Part shown: positions 28,740-39,105 of the stretch, piece after piece
How the letters are laid out: every line of letters starts with the position of its first letter
How positions within the stretch are numbered: position 1 is the first letter of the stretch
Source: Candidatus Woesearchaeota archaeon
Lineage (GTDB): Archaea > Nanobdellota > Nanobdellia > Woesearchaeales > JAFGLG01
Assembly: GCA_016928155.1 (NCBI GenBank)
Contig: JAFGLG010000017.1
Coordinates: 4,134-68,133, forward strand
Length of the DNA: 64,000 bases
Direction of reading: 5' to 3'
Made by a program: the position numbers and the translations under genes
The notes under the pieces: model-generated
What the model was told of the DNA's origin: nothing
The model's database searches: none
Seen by the model: the letters and a program-made list of their open reading frames with translations, nothing else

Positions 28740-30260
28740 ATGTCAAAAAAAGGTGTGCTTATTCTGTCAGTATTATTAGTGCTGATCATGATCCCTGTAT
28801 CATTAGGAGCCTATGAGAAAAAGGTTTATTCTGGTTCTGTGCTTTATCTTGAGGATTTGTGGATAAACTACACTGAAGGCCAGTTCAGGGTATCTTTGGG
28901 CTCCTCCAACAAGCTGACTGTCACTTTGCCTGATGGCTTCGGCATGATACTGATAAACAACACATGTGAGAAGAAGGATGATTTCACTGTCTGCTTCAAT
29001 AATCTCCGATATGATCATCATAATGCGACTCTTGATAAGGATATCAACAGGGCTTCTTTCAATATAAGTGAATCAAGGCCGAGCCCTGCATGGATCACGA
29101 TAAGACAATCGATCGACATCCCTGAGCTCAATATCGGCCAGTCTGCAAGGATTGAAGTCACTCTCGAGAACACAGGTGACCTGTCTGCCCAGAACACTTT
29201 ATACTCAGTCATTTTCCCTGATTTCTTCGACATCACACCATATGGGCCTTCAGTGAATCTTCAGGATGGTTCGTATCTTGTGAAGTGGCGGGGAGAGGTG
29301 AAGCCTGGTGAGAAGCGGTCTTTCAGTTACAGGATTGTGCCGAAATCAAACATCACATTGGAATCGAAAGCCCGCCTGAGCTATGATGACGGCGAGAAGA
29401 AGGCAGAGATGAATTCCCAGGTTATGAAGATAACAGTCCTGCCGCATCAGCTTGCCTTGGTGCTCTCCCCGCAGAACGGGTCTGTCGGATTGGGTGACTC
29501 CTTCATTTTCTCTGTCTGGATGAAGAATCTTGCTCAGAGATCCATTGATATAGACACCAGGATTGATGTCCCTGACTCTCTTAAGATCCTGGAAAAGGAC
29601 AAGAGGCTCCTCAACCTCGGCTGGAAAGGCAAGCTGGGCCCTCAGGAATCTGTGAACCTGACCTTGAATTTGTCGTCGACAAGGATAGGCAATTTTTCTG
29701 TCTTTGTAGGGACATCATATGTCTTGGACAGTATTGAGACTCATTTTGAGTCATCATCTGTCATCAGGCCGTATTGCGCCCCTCTTTTGTTGGAATATGA
29801 TATCACTGATAATATTGGCAGCATATCTATCCCAATTAGGATCAGGAATATCGGATCATGCGGATATAATAATGTGTCTTTGTCTGTCAGCTCGGATATT
29901 CCTGGTTTTTCAGGTTTCGAGAAGCATATCGGCACTCTTCCTGCCCGCATGCATGATTCCATAGATGATATCAGGATCATGACTCCCGAAGGTGATTTCT
30001 CTGCAGATATGGGATTGGGTATGCTTCTTGCCTATCAGACTTCATTCGGCCAGCAGTTCGAGATGTCAAAGGAGATAGATCTGGGTGTCGTGTCAGATTC
30101 TGGACAGGCACTTCATGAAGATCCGGAGGATGAGGGAGATTTCAGCTTCTTTGATTTCAGGTTCAATAAGGACTACTTGATGATAAGTGTTGTCACCTTT
30201 GTGATTGCGGCATTCATAATGCTGCATTTCTATTACAGGAAAGACCTGACTGAGCCCTAA
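28740..30260 (+). CDS. Cell-surface protein with signal peptide, Ig-like (DUF11/BatD-like) repeats and C-terminal TM anchor
   Basis: Signal peptide, VTLENTGD and WxGEVKPGE..SFSY patterns, many NxS/T sequons, C-terminal TM. Confidence 0.7.
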   Translation: MSKKGVLILSVLLVLIMIPVSLGAYEKKVYSGSVLYLEDLWINYTEGQFRVSLGSSNKLTVTLPDGFGMILINNTCEKKDDFTVCFNNLRYDHHNATLDKDINRASFNISESRPSPAWITIRQSIDIPELNIGQSARIEVTLENTGDLSAQNTLYSVIFPDFFDITPYGPSVNLQDGSYLVKWRGEVKPGEKRSFSYRIVPKSNITLESKARLSYDDGEKKAEMNSQVMKITVLPHQLALVLSPQNGSVGLGDSFIFSVWMKNLAQRSIDIDTRIDVPDSLKILEKDKRLLNLGWKGKLGPQESVNLTLNLSSTRIGNFSVFVGTSYVLDSIETHFESSSVIRPYCAPLLLEYDITDNIGSISIPIRIRNIGSCGYNNVSLSVSSDIPGFSGFEKHIGTLPARMHDSIDDIRIMTPEGDFSADMGLGMLLAYQTSFGQQFEMSKEIDLGVVSDSGQALHEDPEDEGDFSFFDFRFNKDYLMISVVTFVIAAFIMLHFYYRKDLTEP

Positions 30261-31351
30261 GGCAGCCATGTCTTCGGATTCTCAAGCTTCGCCGGAAGGT
30301 ATTCTGTCATCACGGAATTCAGTCCGCGCGCAGCAAGAGCCTGCTGCTCTGCCCTGACTTTCAGCGTCGTGATATCCTTGAGCGCTTTCTGCCACTGCGG
30401 ATACTGCCTGACAAACGGGTCGTTCTTCATCCCGTCCTTTATCCTCTTGATGTCGACTTCCTTCAGAGGGTGCGTCGGAAGCTTGTAATCGACGATGTCC
30501 TGTGCTGTGATCCCGAAGAATTTGGCGTTCGGCACGCAGAAGTATTTGTTGATATGCGCCGCATTCCCTGAACCCACTTTCAGGGTCCTGTAGATGTTCA
30601 GCCAGCCGTAGGGGTCCCCGTCTGTGAAGGCATAGACTGGTAATTTCTTGTAGTCAGACAGTCTTCTTATGAATCTCCTGCATGCCCTTGTCGGCACTCC
30701 GCCGAGGCTTATCAGTATGCAGTTCGCTGTCTTCCAGTAGGAGTGCTTGACGAGCCTCTGGTACATACCTGCCGTCTCTATCGCAAGGATGAACTTGGCA
30801 TTCGTCTCGAAACCGAGGTGCTCGACTGAGCTGGGCACCGAATAGGCCCCTGTCCCCATCTTGCTGCAGTCTATCTTCACCTCATTCCCTGTGGAAGGGT
30901 CCTTGTCGACGACAACAAGCTTGCCTGCGACATCGCCTCCCTTCTCTTCCGGGATGAACCCTATCTGTTCCCTGTTGACCATCAGCATCGCTTCTATATC
31001 ATCCATGACAGCATCGGATTCTGGCTGCTCCCTGAACCTTGCGTCGCCCCAGTTCTTTGAGATGTAGTACGCTTCCCTTTTTGTCGCGATGTCATCTGTC
31101 TTTATGAGCTCTTTCGAGAATGACATCAGCCTCAGTGTCTGGGCGAATGTCTTGACAGTGCTCGCTGTGAGTGTCCTGTTCTTCATCTTCCCCAGGAGCT
31201 CAAAATATCCCACTTTCGGATCATAGGTGACATTGTTGAGCGCCCTCAGAGGCATGGCTATCTCAGGCTTCTCTTTCTTGATTATGCTTTTGTATATGCT
31301 GGTTGCTATGTCCTTTATCCCGTCCAGCACATTCTTACTCATCCATATCAC
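30257..31351 (-). CDS. top6A: DNA topoisomerase VI subunit A
   Basis: TKREAYY catalytic Tyr, IETAG, DGDPYG TOPRIM, EQQAL. Confidence 0.96.
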   Translation of the reverse strand: MIWMSKNVLDGIKDIATSIYKSIIKKEKPEIAMPLRALNNVTYDPKVGYFELLGKMKNRTLTASTVKTFAQTLRLMSFSKELIKTDDIATKREAYYISKNWGDARFREQPESDAVMDDIEAMLMVNREQIGFIPEEKGGDVAGKLVVVDKDPSTGNEVKIDCSKMGTGAYSVPSSVEHLGFETNAKFILAIETAGMYQRLVKHSYWKTANCILISLGGVPTRACRRFIRRLSDYKKLPVYAFTDGDPYGWLNIYRTLKVGSGNAAHINKYFCVPNAKFFGITAQDIVDYKLPTHPLKEVDIKRIKDGMKNDPFVRQYPQWQKALKDITTLKVRAEQQALAARGLNSVMTEYLPAKLENPKTWLP

Positions 31352-32951
31352 TCGTCACTATGGTTTCGTCCTTCATCTCTACACCCTGTTTCCTTGAGCT
31401 CTCCAGTATGTCTTTGAGGTTTGTGAGCACTCTCTGCTCCTGGGCGTCGTCCAGGCCGCACAGGTCCTTCAGCGCGGATCCGACATGGGGCAGGAATTTC
31501 TCTATATAGCTCCTTTTCTGGAGCTCGTCTCCGACCCTTCTTTTCTTGGCTACATATTTGTACAGCTGCCTGCCGCATTCCTGCAGCGCCAGCTTTATCT
31601 CCTTGCTGATTTCCGGGTAATGGGCGATCGCTTCTTTTGCCTCTGATGTGAAAGGCGCCCATACTGATACGAAATGTACCAGTATGACGACTGGGCCGAC
31701 CGGCAGCGAGTTCTGGCTCTGCTGCAGCCCGTATGACCTCCATGTGGTCTCGGTTATCGCATCTGTTATGGCGCAGGCTCCTTGCTGATACAGCAGCGGC
31801 ACCCGGTTGGCGAACCTGAGCACAGTTGCGCTCTTCTCTGCCTCAAGCTGCCCGCCATATGCTATCCCTGCTTCGATGACAAACGGATTGCCCCTGTATA
31901 CGCTCGGCGGTCTTGAGGTTGAGGCATAGAATTCTGCCTGGAATTCCTTCTTCATCCCTTTCAGAACAAGCTCGTGGCCGAGTGGGCTGATGCAGTCAGT
32001 GGGGGGCGCTATTATCTTGGTGTCATGGATCGCTTTTATCAGCCTTTCAGCCTGGTCCCTGCTCACGCTCTCCGGTTTCACATTTGTTAGGACTGATGCT
32101 TTTTGGCATATCTCTTTTGCAGTGCCCGGACCGACCCGGGAGAATTCTGTGACAAGGAACTGCTGCAGTGTTCTCGTCTCAGTGTTGTTCAGCATCTTTA
32201 TCAGGACGCCTAGCTCCACGCCGTGAGGGTGCGGTTTTATCTCCTTCGGCTCTGCCGGCAGTTCATCAGTGGCCCGCGGGAATATTATCTGCTCTGCCTT
32301 TGGATTGGTATAGACGAAGGTCGCATGGGGGTTTATGGTCGCTGTCTCCTTCAGGTATTCATCGACGCTCTGCGGCCCTTTCTGGTATGATGCCTCTAGG
32401 TCAAGCTCGAGCCTGGTGCCGTGGTCCTTGTTCCATTCAACTGATTCCTCTTTCTTGACGTCAGGATGGTTCTTCTGCGTGTCGATATGGAGTTCGCAGT
32501 AGTTTGCAGGCTCATTCGACCCTGTCTTTGAGGTGATCCTGATCGGCCTTCCTGTTGTGAGCTGGCCGTACAGCGCAGCTGCGCTGATTCCGATGCCCTG
32601 CTGACCTCTTGCCTGCTTGAGGGTGTGGAATTTGCTCCCATAGAGAAGCTTTGCGAATATCTTGGGTATCTGTTTCTTCACGATCCCGGGCCCGTTGTCC
32701 TCGACAATTATCCTGAAGCGGTCATTCCCCATGTCTATTATCTCCACTGATATTTCAGGGAGTATCTTCGCTTCCTCGCATGCGTCAAGTGAATTGTCGA
32801 CTGCTTCCTTCACTGCGGTCAGCAGTGCCTTCCTTTTGTTGTCGAAACCGAGAAGATGCCTGTTCTTCTCGAAGAATTCTGCGACCGATATCTCGCGTTG
32901 CTTTGTCGCCATCTGCTCGGCGATATTTGATTTGTCACCCTCTTTTGTCAT
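31335..32951 (-). CDS. top6B: DNA topoisomerase VI subunit B
   Basis: [34 protein letters not shown]. Confidence 0.97.
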   Translation of the reverse strand: MTKEGDKSNIAEQMATKQREISVAEFFEKNRHLLGFDNKRKALLTAVKEAVDNSLDACEEAKILPEISVEIIDMGNDRFRIIVEDNGPGIVKKQIPKIFAKLLYGSKFHTLKQARGQQGIGISAAALYGQLTTGRPIRITSKTGSNEPANYCELHIDTQKNHPDVKKEESVEWNKDHGTRLELDLEASYQKGPQSVDEYLKETATINPHATFVYTNPKAEQIIFPRATDELPAEPKEIKPHPHGVELGVLIKMLNNTETRTLQQFLVTEFSRVGPGTAKEICQKASVLTNVKPESVSRDQAERLIKAIHDTKIIAPPTDCISPLGHELVLKGMKKEFQAEFYASTSRPPSVYRGNPFVIEAGIAYGGQLEAEKSATVLRFANRVPLLYQQGACAITDAITETTWRSYGLQQSQNSLPVGPVVILVHFVSVWAPFTSEAKEAIAHYPEISKEIKLALQECGRQLYKYVAKKRRVGDELQKRSYIEKFLPHVGSALKDLCGLDDAQEQRVLTNLKDILESSRKQGVEMKDETIVTSDMDE

Positions 32952-32987
32952 TTGCCTGGTCCCCTTCTGGGTTATTTATTAATTTTT

Positions 32988-33539
32988 CTATAGGTTCCTT
33001 TCTGCAAATTGTCTCATCTGCAATTCTTTGTATCTTTTCTCGAGCCATTTGTAGACATTCTTGTGCGGGCTTCCGTTCAGCAATGACTCGACTGCTCTCC
33101 TTGCGATTGTCGCTGACTCTGCCTCTCCGATTATTCCGATTGTCTTTCCGTACACAGAGACAGAGCATCCTGTCAGGGTCTCTATTGTCTTCCTTGTCTT
33201 GCCGCCTGTCCCTATCACTCTTCCTTTTATCCTTTCCATGTGGCTTTTCTTGTCCTTGACATAATCTGTGACCTCAAGGATCTCGAGGACATAATCCTGT
33301 TTTGTGAGTAGCAGTGCAATCTCGGGATTGAATCCGCGGCCGATCGCTTTGATGATCTCTCTCGCTGAATAAAGCCCTATTGCATCATTTCCTGTTATCG
33401 TCACATCCCCTTCCTTTGAATCTATATCCAGGTTGGAGCTGGTCGCTTCTTCGAGCTGTGCTTTTGTCTCTCCGTTCTTTCCTATCAGTACAGCTATCCT
33501 TTCTTTTGGTATTTTGAGATCATACGCGAATTCTGGCAT
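32988..33539 (-). CDS. KH-domain rRNA processing protein (Dim2/Pno1-like)
   Basis: Two KH GxxG loops (LIGKNG, VIGTGG), AIGRGF, GSPH. Confidence 0.9.
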   Translation of the reverse strand: MPEFAYDLKIPKERIAVLIGKNGETKAQLEEATSSNLDIDSKEGDVTITGNDAIGLYSAREIIKAIGRGFNPEIALLLTKQDYVLEILEVTDYVKDKKSHMERIKGRVIGTGGKTRKTIETLTGCSVSVYGKTIGIIGEAESATIARRAVESLLNGSPHKNVYKWLEKRYKELQMRQFAERNL

Positions 33540-33595
33540 ATTAGGCCTTCTTGCCTGCTTCTTTTTTAACTTTTCTATACTAAGAACAAACTTAC

Positions 33596-33675
33596 ACTTA
33601 CAATGTAAGTAATTCTTTACCTACAATGTAAGTATTAATACTCACAATGTAAGTATTATACCTACATTGTAAGTA
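33596..33675. repeat. Four near-palindromic 15-mers ACYYACAWTGTAAGT
   Basis: Copies start at 33596, 33619, 33640 and 33660 in AT-rich intergenic DNA. Confidence 0.9.
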
Positions 33676-33841
33676 TAAAAAGATACCAAAAGAGACTCAA
33701 TGATAATAAGAATATCAACAATCCCAAAACAAATATTTACTAATTAGTAACAAAAATCGAAACATATAAATATAAGTTATGCCTATACAATGGTAACAGA
33801 TTTGGTTGTCAATCAAATCATCATGCTAACCACCTCTTTTT

Positions 33842-33880
33842 CCCTAGCAAAGCACTGCAAAGTGCTTTGCCAGGGTTTTT
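33842..33880 (+). terminator. Perfect hairpin with GCAA tetraloop followed by a T-tract
   Basis: GCAAAGCACT-GCAA-AGTGCTTTGC, extended by CCCT/AGGG, then TTTTT. Confidence 0.55.
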
Positions 33881-34381
33881 ATGCTCATCAGCTCTTGCTT
33901 ATTTCTTCTTGATTCGATAGAACTGGAAAATGCGCTTTTTCAGAGCAAAACAAAATCTTTATATACTCATGAAATCATTGATTGGATATACCGAATTTGC
34001 ACAAATGGGTCCTTTTTTGAGCAGAAACCTTGTGTTTCGGCAGTGATATCAAGCCACTCTTGTGCAATACAGCCCGTCACGAGAGTACCCAACAGAGCAT
34101 ACGATGAGGGAGTGATTCGCTACCGCTTCCATTATCAAGCGATGAGTTTGGGAGTTAGTGCATCGGGCATCATATTCATTGTCATAAGATCACATATTGC
34201 AGAAGAACACTTTCATTTCATCATTAGGGGTTGGTTAGGGTATTAGTTCTGATGTAATTTGTGAGTAGGATGATTATTAAAATGAGAAAGGCTATTTCAC
34301 ATTCATTGGATCACTCAGTTTTGGCTGATTTGGATTATTTTGGGGAGTGAGTAGCTTTTTCTTTGATAGGAGGGAAATAAA

Positions 34382-35656
34382 ATGGGTAAGATAAGCCCGG
34401 TATCTGCAAAATATATAGTCCATACCACTATTGATATTGAGGGTGTTGTTGACAGGCCTGATGTCATTGGCGCGATTTTCGGCCAGACAGAGGGATTATT
34501 GGGATCTGATCTCGAGCTCAGGGAGCTCCAGAGGTCTGGAAGGATTGGCAGGATTGAGGTCGATGTCGAGACAAAGAACGGTAAGACAAAGGGCAATATA
34601 ATAATCCCTTCTTCGCTTGACAAGGCTGAGACATCCATCATTGCAGCTGCCTTGGAGATCATCCAGAGGATAGGTCCGTGCAATGCGAAGATCAAGGTCG
34701 AGAACATCGAGGATGTCAGGATTTCTAAGAGGAATTTTGTCATAGAGAGGGCCAAGGAACTGCTGAAAGGCCTGATGGACAATGTCCTGCCTGACTCGCA
34801 GGAGCTCACCGATGAGGTGGCCTATTCTGTGAGGATTATGGAGTGCCAGGAGTACGGGAGGGAGCGTCTTCCTGCAGGCCCCGCGATCGACGAGTCTGAC
34901 GAGGTCATTGTGGTCGAGGGCCGGGCTGATGTCCTTAACCTCCTGAAGCATGGCATCAAGAACTCTATCGCAATAAACGGCACCAACATACCTCAGACCA
35001 TAATGGAGCTCTCCAGGAAGAAGATCGTGACTGTCTTTGTCGACGGTGACAGGGGCGGTGATCTGATAATTAAGGAGATCCTTGAGGTCGGCGAGATAGA
35101 TTATGTTACAAAGGCCCCTGACGGCAAGGAAGTCGAGGAGATCACAAAGAAGGAGATCCACAAGGCTTTGAGGAGCAGGATGACTGCTGAGCAGGCCAAG
35201 CTTGAGATAGGCGCGAGGAAGGACCTTGATCAGGAGAGGTCCAGGAGGCCTACGATAAGCAATGGCAACAGGGATCAGAGGCGTGATTTCCAGCAGAAGA
35301 GGGATTTCAGGCCGCCTGAACAGAGGGACAGGCCGCAGCCGCCGGTGCAGAGGCCCAGGATCACTGATGAGGAGAAGGCCAAGTTCAAGGAGATGCTTGA
35401 GGGCCTTATCGGGACAAGGGGTGCTTTTGTGCTAGACGACAAGCTGAACATCCTAGGCAAGGTCCCCATTACAGAGCTCCAGTCCACACTGAAGAGCCTG
35501 AACAGGGGAATCTATGCTGTTGTCATGGACGGCAACATCGACAAGAACCTGCTCCAGATGGCAGAGAGATCGCAGGTGAAGTTCCTTGTCGCCATGGACG
35601 CAAAGGTCAAGCCGACCGGCCCGCACATCACTATCGTGACAGGCGCGAACCTTTGA
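34382..35656 (+). CDS. dnaG: Archaeal DnaG-like protein
   Basis: DVIGAIFGQTEGLLG, VVEGRADV, DGDRGG TOPRIM. Confidence 0.95.
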   Translation: MGKISPVSAKYIVHTTIDIEGVVDRPDVIGAIFGQTEGLLGSDLELRELQRSGRIGRIEVDVETKNGKTKGNIIIPSSLDKAETSIIAAALEIIQRIGPCNAKIKVENIEDVRISKRNFVIERAKELLKGLMDNVLPDSQELTDEVAYSVRIMECQEYGRERLPAGPAIDESDEVIVVEGRADVLNLLKHGIKNSIAINGTNIPQTIMELSRKKIVTVFVDGDRGGDLIIKEILEVGEIDYVTKAPDGKEVEEITKKEIHKALRSRMTAEQAKLEIGARKDLDQERSRRPTISNGNRDQRRDFQQKRDFRPPEQRDRPQPPVQRPRITDEEKAKFKEMLEGLIGTRGAFVLDDKLNILGKVPITELQSTLKSLNRGIYAVVMDGNIDKNLLQMAERSQVKFLVAMDAKVKPTGPHITIVTGANL

Positions 35657-35710
35657 TGTCATGATCTGTGATTCAAAAAAAATTTAAGTAGGGACCTCTT
35701 GGGGATACTC

Positions 35711-36118
35711 ATGATTAGTTCAAAAGAGCTGTCTGGGTGGGCACTGGATTATGTCAGGAGCAGGGATGCCCATTTCAGGAGGATTCAGGATATCGCCCGG
35801 CGGGGTGATGATTTTTTTGTTAAGTTCTCTGATAGGGAAGTGCTCTATCTTATTGAGCCTGACATGAAGGCTGATTCCTTGGATAAGGATAAGAACTATG
35901 TTCTTGTGACCCTGAATACAAAGAAGAATTTTGATGCGCTGATAAGGGTTTGGCCGGATCTGAAGGCCATCAGGGGCCTTGCTGTGTGGTTTGTGAATCC
36001 GAATTCAGCGAATGAGACCAAGTGGATGATCAATCCTTATATCCATTCCAAGATATGTGATGATGAATCTCTGAAGACCGGCCTCAAGGCCATGTTCGAC
36101 ACTGTTGATGTAATCTGA
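35711..36118 (+). CDS. Hypothetical protein
   Basis: ORF with genome-typical codon usage; KWMINPYIH. Confidence 0.65.
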   Translation: MISSKELSGWALDYVRSRDAHFRRIQDIARRGDDFFVKFSDREVLYLIEPDMKADSLDKDKNYVLVTLNTKKNFDALIRVWPDLKAIRGLAVWFVNPNSANETKWMINPYIHSKICDDESLKTGLKAMFDTVDVI

Positions 36119-36130
36119 TTTTTTCTTATG

Positions 36131-36308
36131 AAGATATTTTGTAGTTCGCATCATCCTCTGCCTTGTGATATTTCTAGAGAGAAAATTCAAGTGGCCACGA
36201 CCAGATTCGCAGAGCGAATCTGGATAAATCCTGATTTTATCCCTTGGATTTTCAGATGGGTCAAGGGATTAGGGCAAAGGATCAAGAGGGTTAGTGCAAA
36301 AATATCTT
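36131..36308 (+). repeat. Nested-palindrome intergenic repeat, copy 2 (longest)
   Basis: Core 36201-36223; outer arms GAAAATTCAAG/CTTGGATTTTC, ATCCTCTGCC/GGCAAAGGAT, AAGATATTTT/AAAATATCTT. Confidence 0.85.
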
Positions 36309-36342
36309 GGCTAACAGTACAAAAAGATTAGAAAAAGAAACT

Positions 36343-36615
36343 TTATTCCTTCTCTTCTTCCGGATTATAGGAAGGCACAGCTGATTTGCTTATCACCATG
36401 ATGTCACCTATGGCCTTGACCAGCTGGTGCGGGATGATGACTCCTTTCGCGCTTCCCAGGACCCGGTTAAGGAAACTTGATTTTGTGGACTTGACTCTCC
36501 AGCCGAACACCTTGTTTTTTGTGAGGATTGCCTCTTCGACATCGCCGAAATAATCGCCATTGTCTGTGAAGACTTTCATCTCATAGGATTCGCTGATTTT
36601 CTTCATCTTGATCAT
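36343..36615 (-). CDS. PRC-barrel protein (CdpB-like)
   Basis: VFTDNGDYFGDVEE and IPHQLVKAIGDIMVI motifs. Confidence 0.85.
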   Translation of the reverse strand: MIKMKKISESYEMKVFTDNGDYFGDVEEAILTKNKVFGWRVKSTKSSFLNRVLGSAKGVIIPHQLVKAIGDIMVISKSAVPSYNPEEEKE

Positions 36616-36739
36616 TTTTCCCCTCCTTTAGTGTAACTTGGATAAAAAAGTGATACCAAGACCAATGCCAGATGCCTATATAAAGTTTTCGTCATAATCT
36701 ATAAAAAGGCAAGGCTTCCCCAACAGGAAGTATTTAAAA

Positions 36740-37462
36740 ATGGATAATCTGCTGATTGTCGGGACTTCTCACATTGCAAGCCAGAGTGTGAAGGAGGTGA
36801 ATGAGGCTTTTGAGGGTTTCAGGCCTGATATCATCGCTGTTGAGCTTGATCCCCATCGCCTCTATGCCCTGACCCATAAGCAGAAGGGCTTCTCTTTCAG
36901 GGATGCCATGAGTGTGGGTTTCACCGGTTTTCTCTTCAGCCTGATCGGAGGCTTCATCCAGAAGAGGCTCGGCAGGATTGTCGGCATGGATCCTGGCTCT
37001 GAGATGCTTGAGGCAGTGAGGATTGCAAAGGCTAAGAAAGTGAGGTTTGCGCTGATTGACCAGGACATCCAGATAACCTTGGCCCGTTTCTCGAAATCCC
37101 TGACATGGAGAGAGAAATTTAGGATTGTGGGTGATATTTTCTCTGGAATATTCTTCAGGAAGAGGCAGATGAGCAAGTATGGGCTGGATTCCATTGACCT
37201 TGATAAGGTGCCTGAGCAGGAGCTCATCAGGAAGATGATAAGCATCATCAGGAAGCGTTATCCTAACATATATAAGGTGCTTATCCATGAGCGCAACAGG
37301 TACATGGCTGATCGCTTGTCATATATTCTGGAGCATGAGCCTGACAGGAGGGTCCTTGCTGTTGTTGGTGCAGGCCATAAGGATGGCATGGAGAAGATGC
37401 TTTCTAAAGGGGCTGCCCCTGCTTCTCCTGACTACTCTTTCTCGTATGAATTCAAAAGCTGA
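36740..37462 (+). CDS. TraB/GumN-family protein
   Basis: GTSH, VELD..R, GSEM, ERNRYM, VVGAGH. Confidence 0.9.
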   Translation: MDNLLIVGTSHIASQSVKEVNEAFEGFRPDIIAVELDPHRLYALTHKQKGFSFRDAMSVGFTGFLFSLIGGFIQKRLGRIVGMDPGSEMLEAVRIAKAKKVRFALIDQDIQITLARFSKSLTWREKFRIVGDIFSGIFFRKRQMSKYGLDSIDLDKVPEQELIRKMISIIRKRYPNIYKVLIHERNRYMADRLSYILEHEPDRRVLAVVGAGHKDGMEKMLSKGAAPASPDYSFSYEFKS

Positions 37463-37520
37463 TGCACAAAGCGAAGAACAGGGAAAAATTTTTAATATAC
37501 AGGCCGTTTAAAAAGCTGTA

Positions 37521-38255
37521 ATGTCAGATCTATGGTATAATATCAAGAGGTACGGCCTTTTCAGCGCTGAAGAGACCAAGTACTTGGTGATATCTATCCT
37601 TGTACTGGGACTGGTTGTGGGCTATGATGATGGCAGGCCTGTGTTCAATGCTGCTCTTTGGAGCTTTAATCTGCTGAATTCAGTGCTGATCGTTGCTCTG
37701 ACTATCTTGGTCAACCAGATTGGCCACCGTATCGCTGCCCTTTCCATAGGCCTGAGAGCTGAGTTCAAGATATGGTATGCCGGCATCATCTTTGCGCTCA
37801 TCATTGCAGTGGTGACGAGAGGCAAGTTCTGGTTCCTCCTTGTGCCAGGGGGCATAATTGTCCATCATATGATGGGCCACAGGATGACTTATTTCAGATA
37901 TGGCCTGAATTATTGGGCTATTGCGATGGTTGCGACAGGCGGGATTCTGGCCAATGTGATGCTCGCCCTTTTCCTTAAGATAATCATGGCGACGCCTTTG
38001 GCAAATCCTTTGGTCGAGAAGGCCCTTCTCGTGAATATAGTCTATGCTTTTGTGAATATGCTCCCTATCCCTCCGCTTGATGGCTCGCATCTTTTCTTCT
38101 CGTCAAGGGCAACATACTCTTGGGTCTTTGGTTTTGTCCTTGGCCTTTGCCTCCTGCTCTATTTCACGAATTTCTGGCTGAGCCTGCTCGGCGCTGTGGT
38201 CATAGGGACTATTGTCTGGATAATGTTCCTTTACTTCATCGAGGTGCCTGGATGA
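37521..38255 (+). CDS. Site-2 protease (M50)-like membrane protein with degenerate HExxH
   Basis: NMLPIPPLDG present; the HExxH position reads NQIGH. Confidence 0.75.
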   Translation: MSDLWYNIKRYGLFSAEETKYLVISILVLGLVVGYDDGRPVFNAALWSFNLLNSVLIVALTILVNQIGHRIAALSIGLRAEFKIWYAGIIFALIIAVVTRGKFWFLLVPGGIIVHHMMGHRMTYFRYGLNYWAIAMVATGGILANVMLALFLKIIMATPLANPLVEKALLVNIVYAFVNMLPIPPLDGSHLFFSSRATYSWVFGFVLGLCLLLYFTNFWLSLLGAVVIGTIVWIMFLYFIEVPG

Positions 38256-38602
38256 GGATGCTGAGAGGCAGGAGAGGCCTGGAGTATTACATGGACTGGG
38301 CTGAGATCTTTTTCTTCATCCTGCTGGTGATTGGCTTTGTGCTCTCCCTGTCCACAGGGAGCGCTTTTGTCAGCTATGTCATCATCATCCTGACAGGGCT
38401 TTTGTCAGGGCGCATCCTGCATGACAGGAAGCATAAGGGCAAATTCCCTTATTATCTCATAATAATAGGTTTCCTGCTCGGTTATCTGATTGGGAATTTC
38501 TATGCCAACACCAAGGTGCTGATGTTCTTATTCATTGTCGTCAACATATTCAGCTACTGGCTTCATGAGAAAGGCTATATGGAGAAGGGTCTTTTTTCCT
38601 AG
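38252..38602 (+). CDS. Small membrane protein
   Basis: ATGA overlap with upstream gene; about 4 TM segments. Confidence 0.65.
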   Translation: MRMLRGRRGLEYYMDWAEIFFFILLVIGFVLSLSTGSAFVSYVIIILTGLLSGRILHDRKHKGKFPYYLIIIGFLLGYLIGNFYANTKVLMFLFIVVNIFSYWLHEKGYMEKGLFS

Positions 38603-39105
38603 CTTCCTATCGGCAGGCTGTATCTCCATATATTGTATGCAAAGTTGAGTTTGCTGAAGAGGTCGAATTTCTCTCTTTCATCCATTGTGACAAATTCTGC
38701 TGACGTGCCGGCTGTCTGGAGCTGCTGGTCCATCATCCTGTACCTGATGACCTTTTCAGCTGTCTTGTAGCTCATTGAGTCAGCGTCTGTCTTCATCTGC
38801 TCAGGTATGAGATCATATGCTTCTTCTTTCCTGGCGCCGGATGGAGTGCTTTCAGTGTATGCCTGGTATGGCATTGCCTCCTGCTTCTGGTGTCTCGCGA
38901 TATAATTGAAGAATTCCTTCATCTTGTCAGATATGCGTGAATATGGGGCTGGATGAGATCTGGTATCTTTCACAGGCCCGGGCATGCTCTCTTCTTTTGC
39001 CTTCACAACAACCTGTCTTATCTCATCCTCTATTGTCTTCTGGCTTGCGCTTTGGAGTGCCTTCTGCACAAGCATCTCAAGATAATCCTTGTCCCCTTTT
39101 TTCAT
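38599..39105 (-). CDS. Hypothetical protein
   Basis: ORF from MKKGDKD with SD-like AGGTGG upstream. Confidence 0.6.
   Translation of the reverse strand: MKKGDKDYLEMLVQKALQSASQKTIEDEIRQVVVKAKEESMPGPVKDTRSHPAPYSRISDKMKEFFNYIARHQKQEAMPYQAYTESTPSGARKEEAYDLIPEQMKTDADSMSYKTAEKVIRYRMMDQQLQTAGTSAEFVTMDEREKFDLFSKLNFAYNIWRYSLPIGS

Noticed and set aside
33596-33675. Possible mini CRISPR array
   Set aside because: Repeats are 15 nt with 5-8 nt gaps, too short for repeat-spacer units, and no cas genes are in the window.
33881-34246. 121-aa ORF upstream of dnaG
   Set aside because: Atypical composition, spans a TATA-like box, no recognisable domain.
36128-36331. 67-aa ORF (also 28378..28578)
   Set aside because: They coincide with the palindromic repeat and the frame is not conserved between copies.
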